A stretch of DNA of 64,000 bases, taken from contig NC_045707.1 of NCBI RefSeq assembly GCF_009834535.1, positions 56,732,001-56,796,000 of the forward strand. The letters run 5' to 3'. Positions 14,226 through 28,582 of this stretch are shown here, in pieces. The number at the start of each line of letters is the position of its first letter. Positions within the stretch are counted from its first letter, which is position 1. This DNA comes from Camelus ferus. Its lineage: Eukaryota. The translations under genes and the position numbers were made by a program. The notes beneath the pieces are model-generated. The model saw only the letters and a program-made list of their open reading frames with translations. It had not been told where the DNA came from and did no database searches.

Positions 14226-15829
14226 TATACGGGTATACTCATATACCAGTACACAATTTTTAATACTATTTCAAACTTATGTATCCTACAATTAACTGAA
14301 ATATCCTAAAAGGGAATGTTTTCCTTTCTGTTAAGATATTAGGAAAATAAAGCCATTTTGTGAAACATGAGACACTGAGGTCCTCAGGCTCTAGACCTTG
14401 ACATACAAAGAAAAGGTATTGCCTATGAAATTTGAAGTTGAGATTTCAAGTTACATCAACTTATCAAACCTCTTCACTACAGATTCTTCATTATTGAAGA
14501 GTTAATTAAGTTCACATCCATAGCCAAGAAAAATTAGCAAAAAGGACTGAGCCTTCAGATTCAAGTTATTTCACACTGTCACGGAAAAATGCAGACACAC
14601 TGGAAAGTTATGGTTCCAGTCTTACTTCTCCCAGACAGACCAGAGACAGTCTTTTAACTGCTAGGTTTGAATAAGAAAAATAGAGCAATAAAAGAGAAGA
14701 CAGCATTTTTGAGCAACCAGCACCGACCTATCAGAGCAGCATCCAAAAAGCAGAACTTCTAAAGGCAAAGACTGCATTTCAACTGAGCTTCGTAGCAGTG
14801 TTGGCAGTCGTGTTAGCATATAGAAGTGGTGGCAGTTGCAATCAGAGTTAGCTGTACCAGGGTGTAAGGAACGACAGAGAATGCTGACTTTTTTTTTGTG
14901 ATCATTAAAGAATACCACTTGAGAGTATAACAATTTCACTGTGCTTTTTAAAGATTTTATTTTAGTTGCTGGTGTCTATTTTTTATCTTAATTATTTATA
15001 ACCCTAGGGAAAGTCATGACTATTTTACAATAGAAACTTCTCAGAAGCAAATCCTGTATCTGATTCACCTTTGGGTATTCCCAACACGGTATATTATCTA
15101 GTACATTGTAACTTTCTTGCAAATTTTTGATGAAGGAGGGTGGGCAAAAGCAAGTTTCAGTGAGTTTTAGAGAAGATGAATTGAGTAGAATTAGAGATTT
15201 CAAGTACAAAGATATGTTTCAAGAAATTTTGCTATTAAGTAGGAAGATACAAACAAGTGGTAGCTGATGAGTAAAGTGGACTCAAGAGAAATAAATGTTT
15301 TCTTTTTCTTCCAGATAGAATAACAGGATGTTTTTATACTGTTGGTACTGATGGGAATAATCTCCATAAATTTGTGATGTATGAAGGGGGGGGCTTCCTG
15401 GAGTTACATTTTTGAAGAGGTTGATAGGGAACGTAATGGGAATGAGAGAATACATAGTTTTTTTCTGTGATAGTAACTGAGATGTTAAGGTATGTCAGCA
15501 GAGGTGCTAGTGGATGGGCAGACATGATAGGTAAGCCTGAGAAAGTTCTCTGCTGGTTACTTTGGTTTTCTTCCTCTGGTAGGGAGCAAGGGCATCAGCT
15601 GAGACTGAATATGGAGGACAAGTTGGGGGTAGAAGAGAAGACTTGGAATACTTTTCCAAGAGAGTGAAGGAAAAATGAATTAGGATGTAGAGCATGATTG
15701 CTAAAAAGCATTAAGGGTCCTATTAAGGTTTGTTTATAATTATTTACCTGTTATTATTTATAGTTATATAAATTATAACTATAAATTATTTAAGTTATTA
15801 TAATTAGTACCTATTATTTACCTGTTATT

Positions 15830-16520
15830 TTTTCTTTTTCACTGTGTGCACTTATGTATTTGCCTCCCTCTTTTTCTCTTGATTAGAATACTCACAAGGT
15901 TATCTTTTTTTTTTAACCTTACTTTCATTTGGCTTATCAGTTTTGTAATACTGTTTCCTTATTCATCAATTTCTTCTTTTTACCATTTTAAATATATTAT
16001 TCTCTCTTCTATACTCTTCCATAGATTTACCATCTAGTTCTTTTTTGAACTTTATTAGTTGGATGTTTAATTCACTTATTTTCAGCTTTTCTTCTTCATT
16101 AATATGGGTATTAAGGATTTTTTAATTTTTTCTGAGAACTGTTTGGTTTCTCTCCAATAGGTTCTGAAATATAGTACCTAAAATATTCTGAAGTTTTTAA
16201 AAATTGAGTAATTGATTAGTTTTGAAATTTTCAGATGAAGAAATATTTTTGGTTCCTTTTCCAATTTTATTTGTATTTCTATCTTTAATACATTCTGATC
16301 AGAAAATATGGTTTCTACTAGTGCCAATTTTCAAATTACTGATTTTTTTATGTTCTAATATGCTAAATTTTATAAACTCTCTAAGGCAATTAGGGAAAAA
16401 TACTGTTTTTCCAGGTAGAATTTAATGTATATATCATGTAGACCTGTCTTATTATGTTATGCAGTTCTTTTAAATTGTTATTTAATTTTGGTACAATTGA
16501 TCTCACGTGAACTGAGAAAA
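15830..16520 (-). mobile_element. ancient L1 fragment
   Basis: T-rich with L1 antisense motifs (ggatgtttaattcacttattttcagcttttcttc). Confidence 0.5.
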
Positions 16521-19109
16521 AGCTGAATTAATTATATAGGAAATTTAATAACACTTTGTCATTTCTTATAACTACAAAGCTTTCAAGTTATCAGCCATAT
16601 ATGACATAATGACATTTTGAAAGTTACAAGTACAATTAACAATCACTATTAATAATGTCAAATACAATCTTTTAAAAGAAGATATTCTACTAATCTTTAG
16701 TGCTATTTTTAAGATTATTCAATTTAGAAATAAAAGTTTGTAACCAAACCAAAAGATGACTGGAAATACTCTCATATGAAACAGGGATACTTTTTTTCCC
16801 TCTAGTATTTGCAGATTGCTCAATTATTTAAAATAAACAAAATACTAACAGTTTGAAATTCTCTAAATTGTGCTTCCATCTTAGACATTTTATTGACAAT
16901 TTAGATACAATTAACAGAAAATACCACTTATAATTTATCTCATTGAGAAGTGTCTTTTAATTTTAACCTCTAATTTGTGCCTTCAGATGGAAAGCACCTT
17001 AAGTGGGGCAAATTATTCTATTGTAATATGCAGAATTTTCTCAATGAGCTAGCTTTATAGACAGAAATTCTAGAGTGTCTTTATATTTCATCATTTGCAT
17101 TATAATAGATGTTTTTGCAAGAACTTCATGCACTCAACTGGAATCTTTTCAGTGTGTACAGGGAATTGTATTGTGTTAAGTGATGACATTATTTTTATGA
17201 AGTTATGAAGAAGAATAATTATTTTCTTGGACACCTGGAGAATGTGTTAGAATTAAAATACCAAGGACAGAATAGCTGACTATATTGATAGCTAAGATTG
17301 TATCTCATTGATTCTCCTAAGTACCTCAGTATGGAAAGTTTTCTACAGAGTGATCCTTTTTGGTCATTGTTTTTAAGAAACTAAAAAAACAAATCATTAA
17401 CTTTCTATTTATTCACATTCTTTTAACTTTATATATTTAAAACAAATTGTACATGTATCATACATCATTTCAATTAATCATCACCATAAACTGAGGCAGC
17501 TTGTGCAATCCTAGCTGTGTATTTTCTCTAAGCTGACAACATATGTTCTTCTTATGTTTTCAAATGCAAGCAGAAAGAGTGCAGTGAACTAGTCAGTATT
17601 TTGAGGTGTTAATTATAGGTTTCCAAGGGGTTACGTGGAATTAGTGGAGCAGTAAAATAGGAAGGAGTAAAGGAAAGGCATAGCATATTCGTAACCTTTA
17701 TGTTCCTGAACATATTTATCTATATGCTTTAACCTGCACATGTGTGCAACTAAATTTTAATTGAGCCTAGGCACAGATGATAGAAGGTTATACCTTAAGG
17801 ATGGATTCTGTTGTTTGGTGTTATGTAATGCCAATGGATGTGGAATTCATGTATTTCGGAAACCTGACAAGTTGAAAAGGTATTTAGTGTCCATTATGCT
17901 CAGCATGGAGCAACTTGTGAACTAACAGAAGAGAAATCTGGAAATAAATCATGTCATGGCAAAGCAGCAAGACCAGTTTAGATAAGGATCAAGTGGGCAG
18001 GTTTTTCAGAACAGAAATCTTCCTTAGAAGGCTTGGAATGAGGCGGTCTCTAATATCAGTCCCAAGACCTAAATTTTGAATAATGAAAAACTTCCTCTGT
18101 AGAACCAGAGCTTGCCTGAAGTCATGTCCTGATTTGTCTTTGGGAAGGCAAGGAGAAGAAAATATAGTAACTATTCCTCAAAGGATTCTGCCATGGGAAG
18201 CTGAAGTTTCGTAAAGGAAGTGAGCTAGGTAGGTGCCCTTCCTCTCACGGGGTTCTGTGACGTTAGACAACACTTTGTTGATAAGTGAGGAATTAAAAAA
18301 ATCTTTTATGAAGGAAACCAAAGAAGCAGGTTATCTTTTATCTTACAAATATATCAGAAAGTTTAATCTCAGATCTGACCAGTTTAGATTTGGGAATAAG
18401 TTATATGTTACATACACATTATGAGAATTCTCATAAACATATGACTTGATGGACAGTGAATCTTGTTTGGAGAAAAAAATCTGTATCAGAAGCAGATTGA
18501 TATACATAAAAGCAAGTTCTTATTGTTGATTGTTGACTAGTGTATTCTAATATTATTGCATGGTTAAAATACCACTTGATTTTTGGTTAAGATTAAATAA
18601 GCTTTGCTGGAAAGTGGGAGAGAGTAAAGGTATGTCATACTGCAAAACTCTGTCTGGGTTATAACCTACTCTATATATTGCATCATCTATATGAAGTTCT
18701 ACATGAAAAACATATTATTTTAGAGATAAATGCTGTAGACAAAGTTTTCTCTGACAAAAAATGGATGTGCTTTCCCTTCCGAACAGGAGGAACAATTATA
18801 AATCACAGGTCTAAACTAGTGACCATCTTCTATCACTACAGATACATTTTGGTTTTACTACACATTGTCTTAAGTAGTAAAAATAACTAACATGTTTTAA
18901 GTTCTTATATCAGACACTTTATCTTACTGAAATCCTTATGAAACCTCAATGAAACTGATACTATTGTTTTTCCACATAAGGTGTAGAAAGAGTGATTATC
19001 ATGTCGGTGGAAAAACAACAGTAAGTGATGAAGCCAAACCATAAATTCAAGCAGTCTGATCCCAGAGCCAATTTTTTTTATGTTAATCTACCAACTATAG
19101 ATTAATGTC

Positions 19110-19270
19110 CAAGCTTCAAATTTGGGAGATTTTACATAAAATCTGAAATTATAGTTTCTCTTAAAACTTGGGTAATCTGGTGACTAGAGTTTGCAATTCT
19201 TCACGGAACCAGTAGATGTGAGCTGAGTAGCAACTGCCCCTTTAGACACATTTCAGCAGGGCTCTCACAA
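19110..19270 (+). mobile_element. MER102-like hAT-Charlie fragment
   Basis: aaaatctgaaattatagtttctcttaaaa...gagctgagtagcaactgcccctttagac; a related copy lies at ~59680-59840. Confidence 0.55.
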
Positions 19271-19855
19271 TTGCTTATGCTCAGGGGAGTTGAGACCCTG
19301 AATAGTAAAAGTGATCATGTTCTCCTCTTTATTTTGATTTCCAGGATATTCAGAATGATGTTTGTGAGTGAGTAGTAATTTTTTTCCCTTCTGGTATTGA
19401 TTTTTAATCTTCATAGTTCACTAATTTGTTGTGTGCATTTATTTTTAGGCATGTCAAAGTCTTTGTAAGATTTTTTTTTTTTGACTACTGTGCTAAATCT
19501 CTTCTGTAATTGCATAAAGATCTTGGGTTTTAAACAGACATAAAATTTTGTCATAAAGTATTTAAATAGGTTGGCACTGAAGAGTATCAGAGCTTCTAAA
19601 GTTCTGCCTTGTTGTTCATAAGTATATGAAGTTTATGTGCTAAAAATATGTGGATGGAATAGTATCAGTGCTATATCATGAGATTATGAAGAAAGTGGTA
19701 ATGCTGCTTTTAGAAAAGACTTGTAGTAAAATAATATTTTAATGGTAAAATTGGGTACAGTATACTTGACGAGACCCCAAATTCTTTTGAAATTGTGTCT
19801 CAATAGCAGCTACCTAATTATTGAGGGCAGTCTTAGAGATCAAATTGCCACTAAA

Positions 19856-19877
19856 TGTGTGTGTGTGTGTGTGTGTG
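19856..19877. repeat. (TG)n microsatellite
   Basis: Visible TG run. Confidence 0.95.
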
Positions 19878-22709
19878 CTTATTAACTGGAATGAAGTCAT
19901 GTGTTAACAGAATAAAAATTCCGCAGAATTCACTCCACCAGTTACAGAAAACATAGTAACCACAAGCTCTGCCCAATTTCAGCTTTAAAATTCATTAAGA
20001 AATGGAAAAGAGCTTAGAACACATGCAAAACAGAATATATAGTCCTGGGGGGCAGCAAAATTGATCAGGGAAATTTTTCTAGGAAAATCTCTTGGATCAA
20101 CAGGAAAGAATCTCCAAAATTGGTCTTATCTACACCTGTTTCCCCATTTCACTTTTTACTTTACTGTAATCCTAATGTAATTTCTAATAGCTGCAGTTAG
20201 GCAATAAAAACTGTCATTCTTTTTTCTTGCTAGGGTGTTAGTTTATTCATTAATCACCTTCCTGTCTGTTACTCTTTCCAACTAAGATTTATGGCACATT
20301 TAATATTTCAATTCTAATTTATTTGGTATTACTTTCACACAGAAACATTTCATTTTTCTCTGAACAAATAATATGTTACCATTTTGTGAGTTTTCATTGG
20401 CCAGAGATTTTTACTTGTAAATAACAGAAGTTGATTCTGGCTAACTAGAGCCAAAAAAGAACTTAGAAGTATGCAAGGCAGCGCAGAGTCTCAGAAAGGA
20501 AATCCAATAAATAGGTCTCAGAAAACATAAGGACCAAGGAAAATCCAAGGATGTGAGCAGGAATAAAAGAACAGTCAATGGGGTGCTTGCATATGAGTTG
20601 TATCACCTCCAGCTCTTTTCGTGCTTTATGGATCTCTCTTCAAAATTCACATTCCCAGGTAAAAGAATTAAAGCAACTCAAGATGAGTCACAAGCTCACA
20701 TCTTGGCCAGAAGGGAGCAACACTTTAATTTATGATCCACATGTATGTGATGGAGAGGGGTAGTGTTCCAAGGAGGTGGAGGTCTCATTAACAGTAAAAG
20801 GGAGTAAGTGTTGTGCTGGGAAACCCATAGATGACACTTCTGCTGGAGTCTTGCATTCTATCCATTTTAGGTCCATTTATATGTATGGCTCTTAGGCATA
20901 CAAGAATAAAGTTCGTGTATGCCTTTGTCATGCAGACCCAAATGTATTTAGTGCCAGTAATTTCAACCAATCCCACCCTGCCACCCAAAATATTTTATAA
21001 TGTTAGAACTTTTTCCAGAACCATTTCTCTTCCTAATTAAAGAATTCTGTTGAGAATTCTGTCTGCACAGAAGAAAGTAACAATTAGGGATTTGATTCTA
21101 TTTGAAATTTAAGATGTGGGCATATGTAGGCCATGCTTTCTCACCAGTTATATCATAGATTAGTTTACAAGAATCATACTTGACTTCTTGAAGTAGAAAA
21201 TGCCAGACTATGTTTAAATTACATTACATTTTCTTGAGGCTTACTTTAAATACATTTAAAATGGTTACCATTTATTAATAAAACATCACTCTATAACTGG
21301 AAGGAAATAAAATAAACGTTCTTTCACTCAAATATTTAAAACAAGGATATTTAAATAAATTAAGCTAAGTGTGTCATGATGTTATCAGAAATACCCTATT
21401 TAAAAAGTCAGTGGACATATACACTATTTTGAAATGACTTTGTCCCACCAAGATGTTAAAATACATATAATTTTTACTATGCTGCAGGAAAATAGTGAAT
21501 TTTTATTCAGTGACCCTTTTAAGATCTATGGTTGAGTGCTCTTTTAAATACTGATTTAATTAAACTAAGATAGATAAAGATGTTCAGTTAAAAACTTTAA
21601 CTCCCCAAACGTATCAGTTTGACTTAAATTTCTCTTTGATATCATTGGTATCTCAACATGTTTAGAAAAAGGAAGCACAAGAAGTGTGACACAGGTATGA
21701 AAATTAGGCTTCTATTTCAAGGATATCTCCTCAGTAAGGGGTAATCACCACACTGAGAAGTTTTTCATGGCAAATAATCAGGAAGCACTATTCAGATCAA
21801 AAATTTGTATATGGGAAAATTGACATCAGAGTAAGATATGGGCTATTTAACGTAAAACCAGAAACTTAAAAAAAAAAAAACTATGTTTCAATAAAACAAA
21901 CAAGGTATGGCTTTACATTAGAGATTATATAAGAATTCTGATTGGATATAGTTACACTATATTAAACAAAAACAAAAACATCAGAGGGCTGAAGCCAGTA
22001 ATAACTATTTCTGTGAAGGCCAAGAGTAAAATGAAGTGGAATATTTTTCTCAAACTAATAGAAACTATAGGATAGCATTGGTGTTATTGGGTATTCATGT
22101 ACAATGTTGCTTTCAAATTACTTTATAACTACTTACTGATTATCCCTCAAGGATGGTCTGCTGTTCTCCATTCCTCAGCTTAAACATACCAAAAATACTT
22201 TGCATTGGACCTAGTACAATTGACAATGGATGGAGAGCTAGTTATTCTGGCAGTAGCTGACCACTGCAAGGAAAATATGGCTGACTTGCTTGAAGCCATT
22301 GTTACCACTTCTGTTCCCCATGACAATAAAATTACATCTGGAATAAATGCCAAGCTGATGTCAGACTATGAAGATGCACTCCCTGTATATCAGCCAGCTA
22401 ACTCTCATCCTCTCACAGTTTTGCCATTGACAGAATAACATTAAGATTCAGGACTTAAACAAATGGAACCTAATATATAGAAACAGTTCAAACATTTGTA
22501 GCAGAATTTCCTTCAGATTATTAAATGGGAATTTGCTTTTTGTATATTTTTGGAATTCTAGCCTTGTTTTTTTAGCTTAAATGAGATTTTTCCACTGTAG
22601 AAATTCTCTAAAATTTAGGAGTTAGACCAGATGGCTTTTGAGAGCCCTTCTGGTTCTAAAAGTATGATGCAGATATCTTGTGGAATTTGGTGCTTTTGTT
22701 TTCTTAGTG

Positions 22710-23520
22710 TAAATTCTGAGCACTTTACAATGATCTACAAGGCTCTGTATGTCGCCACCCTTTTCCCTTCCAGCCTCAGCTCCTACCTCTCTACCCTTCC
22801 TTAACTACTTCAGCCACATCCAATCTTCTTACTCTTTCTAGAACATTGCAAGATAGATCTTGATTTAAAGTCTTTCTTCCCCCAGATAACTGCATGACCA
22901 CAACTTTTAATTTTCTCATATCTCTTCTCAAATTTCACATTATCACAGAGGCCTCCGTTGCCCATCCCTTCTGAAAGCATTCTTTTTACCCACATTACTC
23001 CCTGTCCTCTTCCACCCACACAACCATGCAGAACCTGACATATTAAATGTTTATGTGTTTAGTGTTTGTCTCCCCCCGTCCTGGATAATGTTAGTGCCTG
23101 GTGGGATCCCTCTACTGAACTATCCCAGGTGTTCCTATATCCCTGTCTTGGGAGGATTGCCCTGAGGGTAACAGGAAGTGTTTCTCCAGTGAGCCATGCT
23201 TATCCCAAGACAGGAATACAAAAGTCCAGGTCCTTTCCCTCAAGGTGCAATTAATTGTGGTGCATTCCTACTTCAAATTTTCTCCATGGGACCAAGTTTA
23301 AACCAGTCTCCAGCTAAGACTATATTCTTGCTGAGTTTTTACCTTCCTACCAAATCTTCATTCCCCTCTTCTTCAGACTTTGCTTCTACAGAACTTGACC
23401 CAAGACACCACTCTGGAATATAAGCTCCCAAGGTTACATAATTTTTCTCCTTTATTCACTGCCACATTCTCAGCACCCAGCTTGGCATTATACGTGCTTA
23501 AGCAATTATGAATGACTGTC
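22710..23520 (+). mobile_element. L2 3' fragments with a probable intervening old element
   Basis: ctcaaatttcacattatcacagaggcct; 3' tail cagcacccagcttggcattatacgtgcttaagcaattatgaatgactg. Confidence 0.55.
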
Positions 23521-23711
23521 TTAGTCTTAAAAGCCCTAATTATTCTCCGTAGAGCACTGAGCACTCACTGTGCATTGGGTGAATACAAGCAAACAAAGTC
23601 CATCTACCAGCTTGCAATCATCTTAAAATTCAATTAAAATGAGTTCCATTAACATAATCTTTACTATTAGTATCAACCAACATTGGACTTCCTGAAATTC
23701 TATGATGATTT

Positions 23712-24025
23712 AGCCCAAACTATGACCTGTGTGTCAAATTCAGCCCTGTTGTGCCCACAAGATAACATTTTTCACATTTAGTAATGGTTCAAAAGATCAA
23801 AGGATGAATACTATTTTGTGACACATGGAAATTGCATGGAATTCAAATTTCATGTCCACAAGTAAAACTGTGTTAAAATACAACCAGGACCATTTGCTTA
23901 TGCACAGTCCATTGCTACTTTCATGCTACAAAGCCAGAGTTTTCAAGTGGTTGCAGTAGAGACTATATGGCCCACAGAGCCTAACATTTTACTCTGGCTC
24001 AGCGCAGAAAAGCTTTGCTGATCTT
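23712..24025. mobile_element. MER58B-like hAT-Charlie DNA transposon
   Basis: caaactatgacctgtgtgtcaaattcagccc...gagactatatggcccacagagcctaacatttactctggc...gaaaagctttgctga. Confidence 0.75.
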
Positions 24026-24544
24026 CTTCTTCAGACCTTGATTCCCATAATGTCCCACGATCTCTTGAGTCTTATAAGCATACTTCACATCATGAAGTAT
24101 CTAGTCTAACAAGACCTATGACATACTCTGCCATATCATCATCATTTTCTGACTAATTTCATTTAAGACAAGCTATTCTTTCTTGGAAGAAACTTTATGT
24201 TCCTGGTTACTAGCTGTTACTTGTTTAGCTAGTATTGTTTCTTAGTTATTCAAAGCACTCACAACTCTCTCTGAGTTCATTTGCTGTCTTACCCAGGAAA
24301 ACATTCTTAGCATAAGTCTTGCTAATAGACATAGGAAAAAAAAATAGAACACAAGAAAACCCAACAGAAGACTCCCATTTGTGGCAATTTTCTTTTAAGA
24401 AGTCTTTATTACTTGTCAGGTGCAAGTCTCATAATCCTTCATTCCAAATAAAACTAATTTTATCTGCATCTCCTCTAACTTGCATTTCTTAGATAACAGG
24501 TCTTTTTTTTTTTTCCTACAAGCAGTATAGAAAGAAGAGATAGT

Positions 24545-24604
24545 ACATGTATGTGTGAATGTGAGTGTGAGTGTGTGTGTATATGTATGTGTATGTGTAT
24601 GTGT
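24545..24604. repeat. degenerate (TG/TA)n simple repeat
   Basis: atgtatgtgtgaatgtgagtgtgagtgtgtgtgtatatgtatgtgtatgtgtatgtg. Confidence 0.85.
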
Positions 24605-24696
24605 TGGTGCTTTCTAACCAAGGTAGTTTATTATCTATTGAATAACTGTTAGGTGAGAAATAGAATCTCAAACAGTAACCATGGATTACACTTACT

Positions 24697-25413
24697 AAAA
24701 ATAAATATCTTAGAAGAAAGTATAGGCAAAACATTTTCTGACATAAATCTTAGCAATGTTCTCGTAGAGCAGTCTACCCAGGCAATAGAAATAGAAGGAA
24801 AAATAAACAAATGGGACCTAATTAAACTTATAAGCTTTTGCACAGCCAAGGAAACCATGAGCAAAACAAAGTGACAACCTACAGAATGGGAGAAAATATT
24901 TGCAAATGATGTGACTAAAAAAGGCTTAATTTCTAGAATATATAAATAGCTCATATAACTTAATAACAAAAAAACAAACAACCTAATCCAAAAATTGGCA
25001 GAAGACCTAAACAAGCAATTCTCCAATGAAGACATACAAATGGCCAATAGGCACAAGAAAAAATACTCAATATAACTAATTATTAGAGAAATGTAAATCA
25101 AACCATAATGAGGTATCACCTCACTCCACTTAGAATGGCCATCATTCAAAAAATCCATGAACAATAAATGCTGGGAAGGGTGTAGAGAAAAGGGAACCCT
25201 CCTACACTGTTGGTGGGAATGTAGTTTGGTACAGCCATTATCGAAAACAGTATGGAAATTCCTCAAAAAACTAAAAACAGATTTACCATATGATCCAGCA
25301 ATCCCACTTCTGGCTATATATCTGAAGGGGAATTCTAATTCAAAAAGATACATGCACCCCAATGTTCATAGCAGCACTATATACAATAGCTAAGACATGG
25401 AAGCAAACTAAAT
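24697..25413 (+). mobile_element. relatively young L1 ORF2 3' segment
   Basis: Translates to [19 protein letters not shown] and [51 protein letters not shown] (ORF2p C-terminal cysteine-rich region); in-frame stops present. Confidence 0.95.
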
Positions 25414-26145
25414 GTGGATAACTGTATGGAGACGCCTCAAAAAATTAAAAATAGAACTACCATATGATCTAGCAATCCCATTTGTAGGTATATATCCAAA
25501 GGTAATTAAATCACTATCTCAAAGAGATAACTGCACCTGCATGTTCAGTGAAGAGTTATTCACAACAGTCAAGTTATGGAAACAACCTAAGTGTCTGTTG
25601 ATGGATGAATGGATAAAGAAATGTAGTTTTATATACAGAACAGAATATTATACAGCCAGAAAAAGGAAATATTTTCATTTGCAACATGAATAAACTGAAG
25701 ACATTATGCTAATTAAATAAGTCAGATAGAAAGACAAATTGATATCACTAAAGTGCGGTATCTAAAAAAAATTCTTATGTTAACAGAGAGTAAACTGCTA
25801 GTTCCTAGGAGTGGGGGGTTGGATAAAATGCGAGATATTCGTCAAGGTGTACAATCTTTCAGTTATAAAATCAGTAAGTTCTGGAGATCTAATGCATAGT
25901 GTAGTAACTACAGTTACTAATATTGTATTTATTGTATACTTGAAATTTGCTAAGAGAGTAGATCTTAAATGTTCTCACCAAACAACAACAAAAAAGTTTC
26001 TACATGAGGTGATGGATGTATTAACTAATCTAACCTTATTGTGGTGATCATTTCACTAGATATAATTATCAAATCATCACACTGTACACCTTAAACTTAA
26101 ACAATGCTATTTGTCAATTATATCTCAATAAGGCTAGACAAAAAT
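25414..26145 (+). mobile_element. older L1MA-type 3' end
   Basis: TVWRRLKKLKIELPYDLAIPFVGIYPK followed by a 3'UTR ending gtcaattatatctcaataaggctagacaaaaa. Confidence 0.9.
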
Positions 26146-26229
26146 TTAAGTTTTGTCTGTATATTAAAGTCAATCATATGGATTGAGCTCTAATTGTGTT
26201 AATAATAAAATGTTCAATTTTGCTTTAAA

Positions 26230-26500
26230 TTATTTTTATGGAGATATAATTGATATATAACATACTAGTTTCAGATGTACAACATGATTCAATATTTGAA
26301 TACTATATCGTGAACTGATCACAATAAATCCAGTTAACATCTATCAACACAGTAATGAATTTTTTTCTTTTGATGAGAACTTTTAAGATCTACTCTTTTA
26401 GAAACTTTCAAATATACAATACAGTATTATTAACTATAGTCACCATGTTGTACATTACATCTCCATAATTTATTTTATAACTGTAAGTTTGCATCCTTTA
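26230..26500 (-). mobile_element. L1MA-type 3' end fragment
   Basis: gatgagaacttttaagatctactct...aactttcaaatatacaatacagtattattaactatagtcaccatgttgtacattacatc. Confidence 0.85.
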
Positions 26501-27699
26501 AATTATTTTTAAACAGTAAAATATACAAAGTAAAATGAGATCAAGAGCATATAACCCATTAGCTTCTGTTAAATTCATTTGAATTATACTTTTGCCAGTA
26601 GTTGTTCATTTGATTTATATAATTCAGATTTCTTTGCCTAAGTTTTGTATATCCAACTTGCAAAGCATTATACTTAAATTACAAATGTATTTTTCATTAT
26701 TCACTCTAGCATTGAAGTTTATGTTCATAAAGTTTGAGAGCAAATGTTGCATTCTTCTCATAAATGTTATGGCCCTCACCTTAATGTTGTGAAAAAAAAG
26801 AGCTAAAAAAAAGCACATAATATCTTCCATTACCTAATATGCCCATTCCCAGTACCCTTTTCTCATTTTCAACACAAAATTATTTGAGAAAAAGTATACT
26901 TATTAATTATCCCCTACTTAAAATTGTTTTAAATGTTCTTTATATCAAACTTAGGGCATAAGCATGAATTTAAGAATATGTACCAGATTCAGCAATTCAT
27001 ATATAGCGATTAATACATAGTAAATTCAATTTTAATATAATTAAGTTCTTTGAATATTAGTAAAAGGGGGAAATAGATGAATGAAGATTAAAAAAATTCT
27101 GTCTCATAAATGTTCCCAGGATTATAAGTCTATGTAAAAATTGTCTTATTTCTATGTTCCACTATGTATATTAGGAAATTATCTGCATATATGTACCAGG
27201 GTTCTTGGGCCATTTTGAGATTAGAGCCAAGGAGCACTTTTATTTTTTTTCAACACTTGACCTCTTACTGTGTGCCAGATTAATAATAATAAGAATGACT
27301 CCATGAATTTTGTAAACAGACCTTCCTTTTTGTTAACATCCATTGACTATTTAAAGATATTTATACAAGGCCTCCATCATCACCTGTTCTAAATGATAAG
27401 TGTTGGCATGTGCTCATGGCCCTAATCCATGCCAAGAATTAACATATACACCCTTGTTCATTGCCTTTATTTTCATAAAATAATAACTTTATATGCCTAT
27501 TGGTTCATTGGTAAAGCTAAAGTCTCTTCCCTTATTCAAGTAAAATATCTACATGAACTTTACTATATATCTTTTATGAAAGTGGAGTTGCAAAATATAG
27601 TGTTGTCATACACTATTGTCTAAAGGATATTCAGATCCTCTGTTCCTTCAGATTTTATATTCTAATTCTTTTTCTTGATTCAAACAATGTAATTCCTCT

Positions 27700-28582
27700 C
27701 TAAATGTCAACAGACACCAAAGTTGGTCCTCTGTCTTCTCTTTTCATATGGACTCTGAGAGTGATCTCATCCAGCCTCATGGCATTAAATATAGTTCATA
27801 ATGTGACAACTCTAAGATTTCATCTCTAGCTAGTAACACTTTCTCAAGGAGGACTCACAACCACATTTGGTTATTCGATAGCTCCATTTTGACATTGAAC
27901 AGGAATCTCAAATTTAATACATCTATAATTTGAACATCAAATTCCCACCCCCACCCCCAAAATTGCTTACCCAACTGCCTTCAACATCTTTCTAATAGAT
28001 TCCATTCTTCCAGTTGCTTAGGCTCAACATTTGAAGTCATCTTATATTTAATTTTCTTTCTCTCATACACCCATGAAAACCAGCACTTAACCTTCTTGGC
28101 TGTACTTGAAATACATAGAAATGTGTGCATGTATATATACATGTACACACATGTGCACATACTCACATACATATTTTCCATTCCTTCTTCCCCTCTATTT
28201 CTTTGATCATGCTACTCTCCTCTGTTTTCTTCCCTCCAATCACACTGGTACTCTGGATGTTCTTCAGAACTCTTCCTGGAGTGCTCTTTTCCCAGAGGTC
28301 TACATGGATCACTACTTTACTTCATTAGGTTTTTAATCAGATGTCATGTTATTGTGGAGGCCTAGCCTCACCATCTTATATAAAATGACTTCTCCCATCT
28401 TTGACTTTTTTGTCCATAGCCCTTAGTGCTAACAGATGAATTATTTATCACTCATCACTGTTATCTAGAATATAGGCTTCTTAAGACCAAGGATTTGGTT
28501 TTATTCTCTGCTATTTTACCAGTGAATAGAACAGTAACGAACACATAGTAAGTATTCAATAAGTTTTGATGAATAAATGAAT
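27700..28582 (+). mobile_element. L2 3' region
   Basis: gtgatctcatccagcctcatggcattaaata; tail acacatagtaagtattcaataagttttgatgaataaatgaat. Confidence 0.75.

Noticed and set aside
14640..14880. Slightly CpG-containing unique stretch, possible first exon or promoter
   Set aside because: No convincing splice site pair, ORF or core promoter motif.
17620..18180. Possible old LTR-element fragment
   Set aside because: Could not assign a family or termini with confidence.
19345..19363. Possible microexon ttccag|GATATTCAGAATGATGTTT|gtgagt
   Set aside because: 19 nt, not frame-preserving, poor exonic donor bases, no independent support.
24649..25362. Longest ORF in the track (237 aa, minus strand)
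   Set aside because: It is the antisense frame of the L1 ORF2 3' region, a common spurious ORF.
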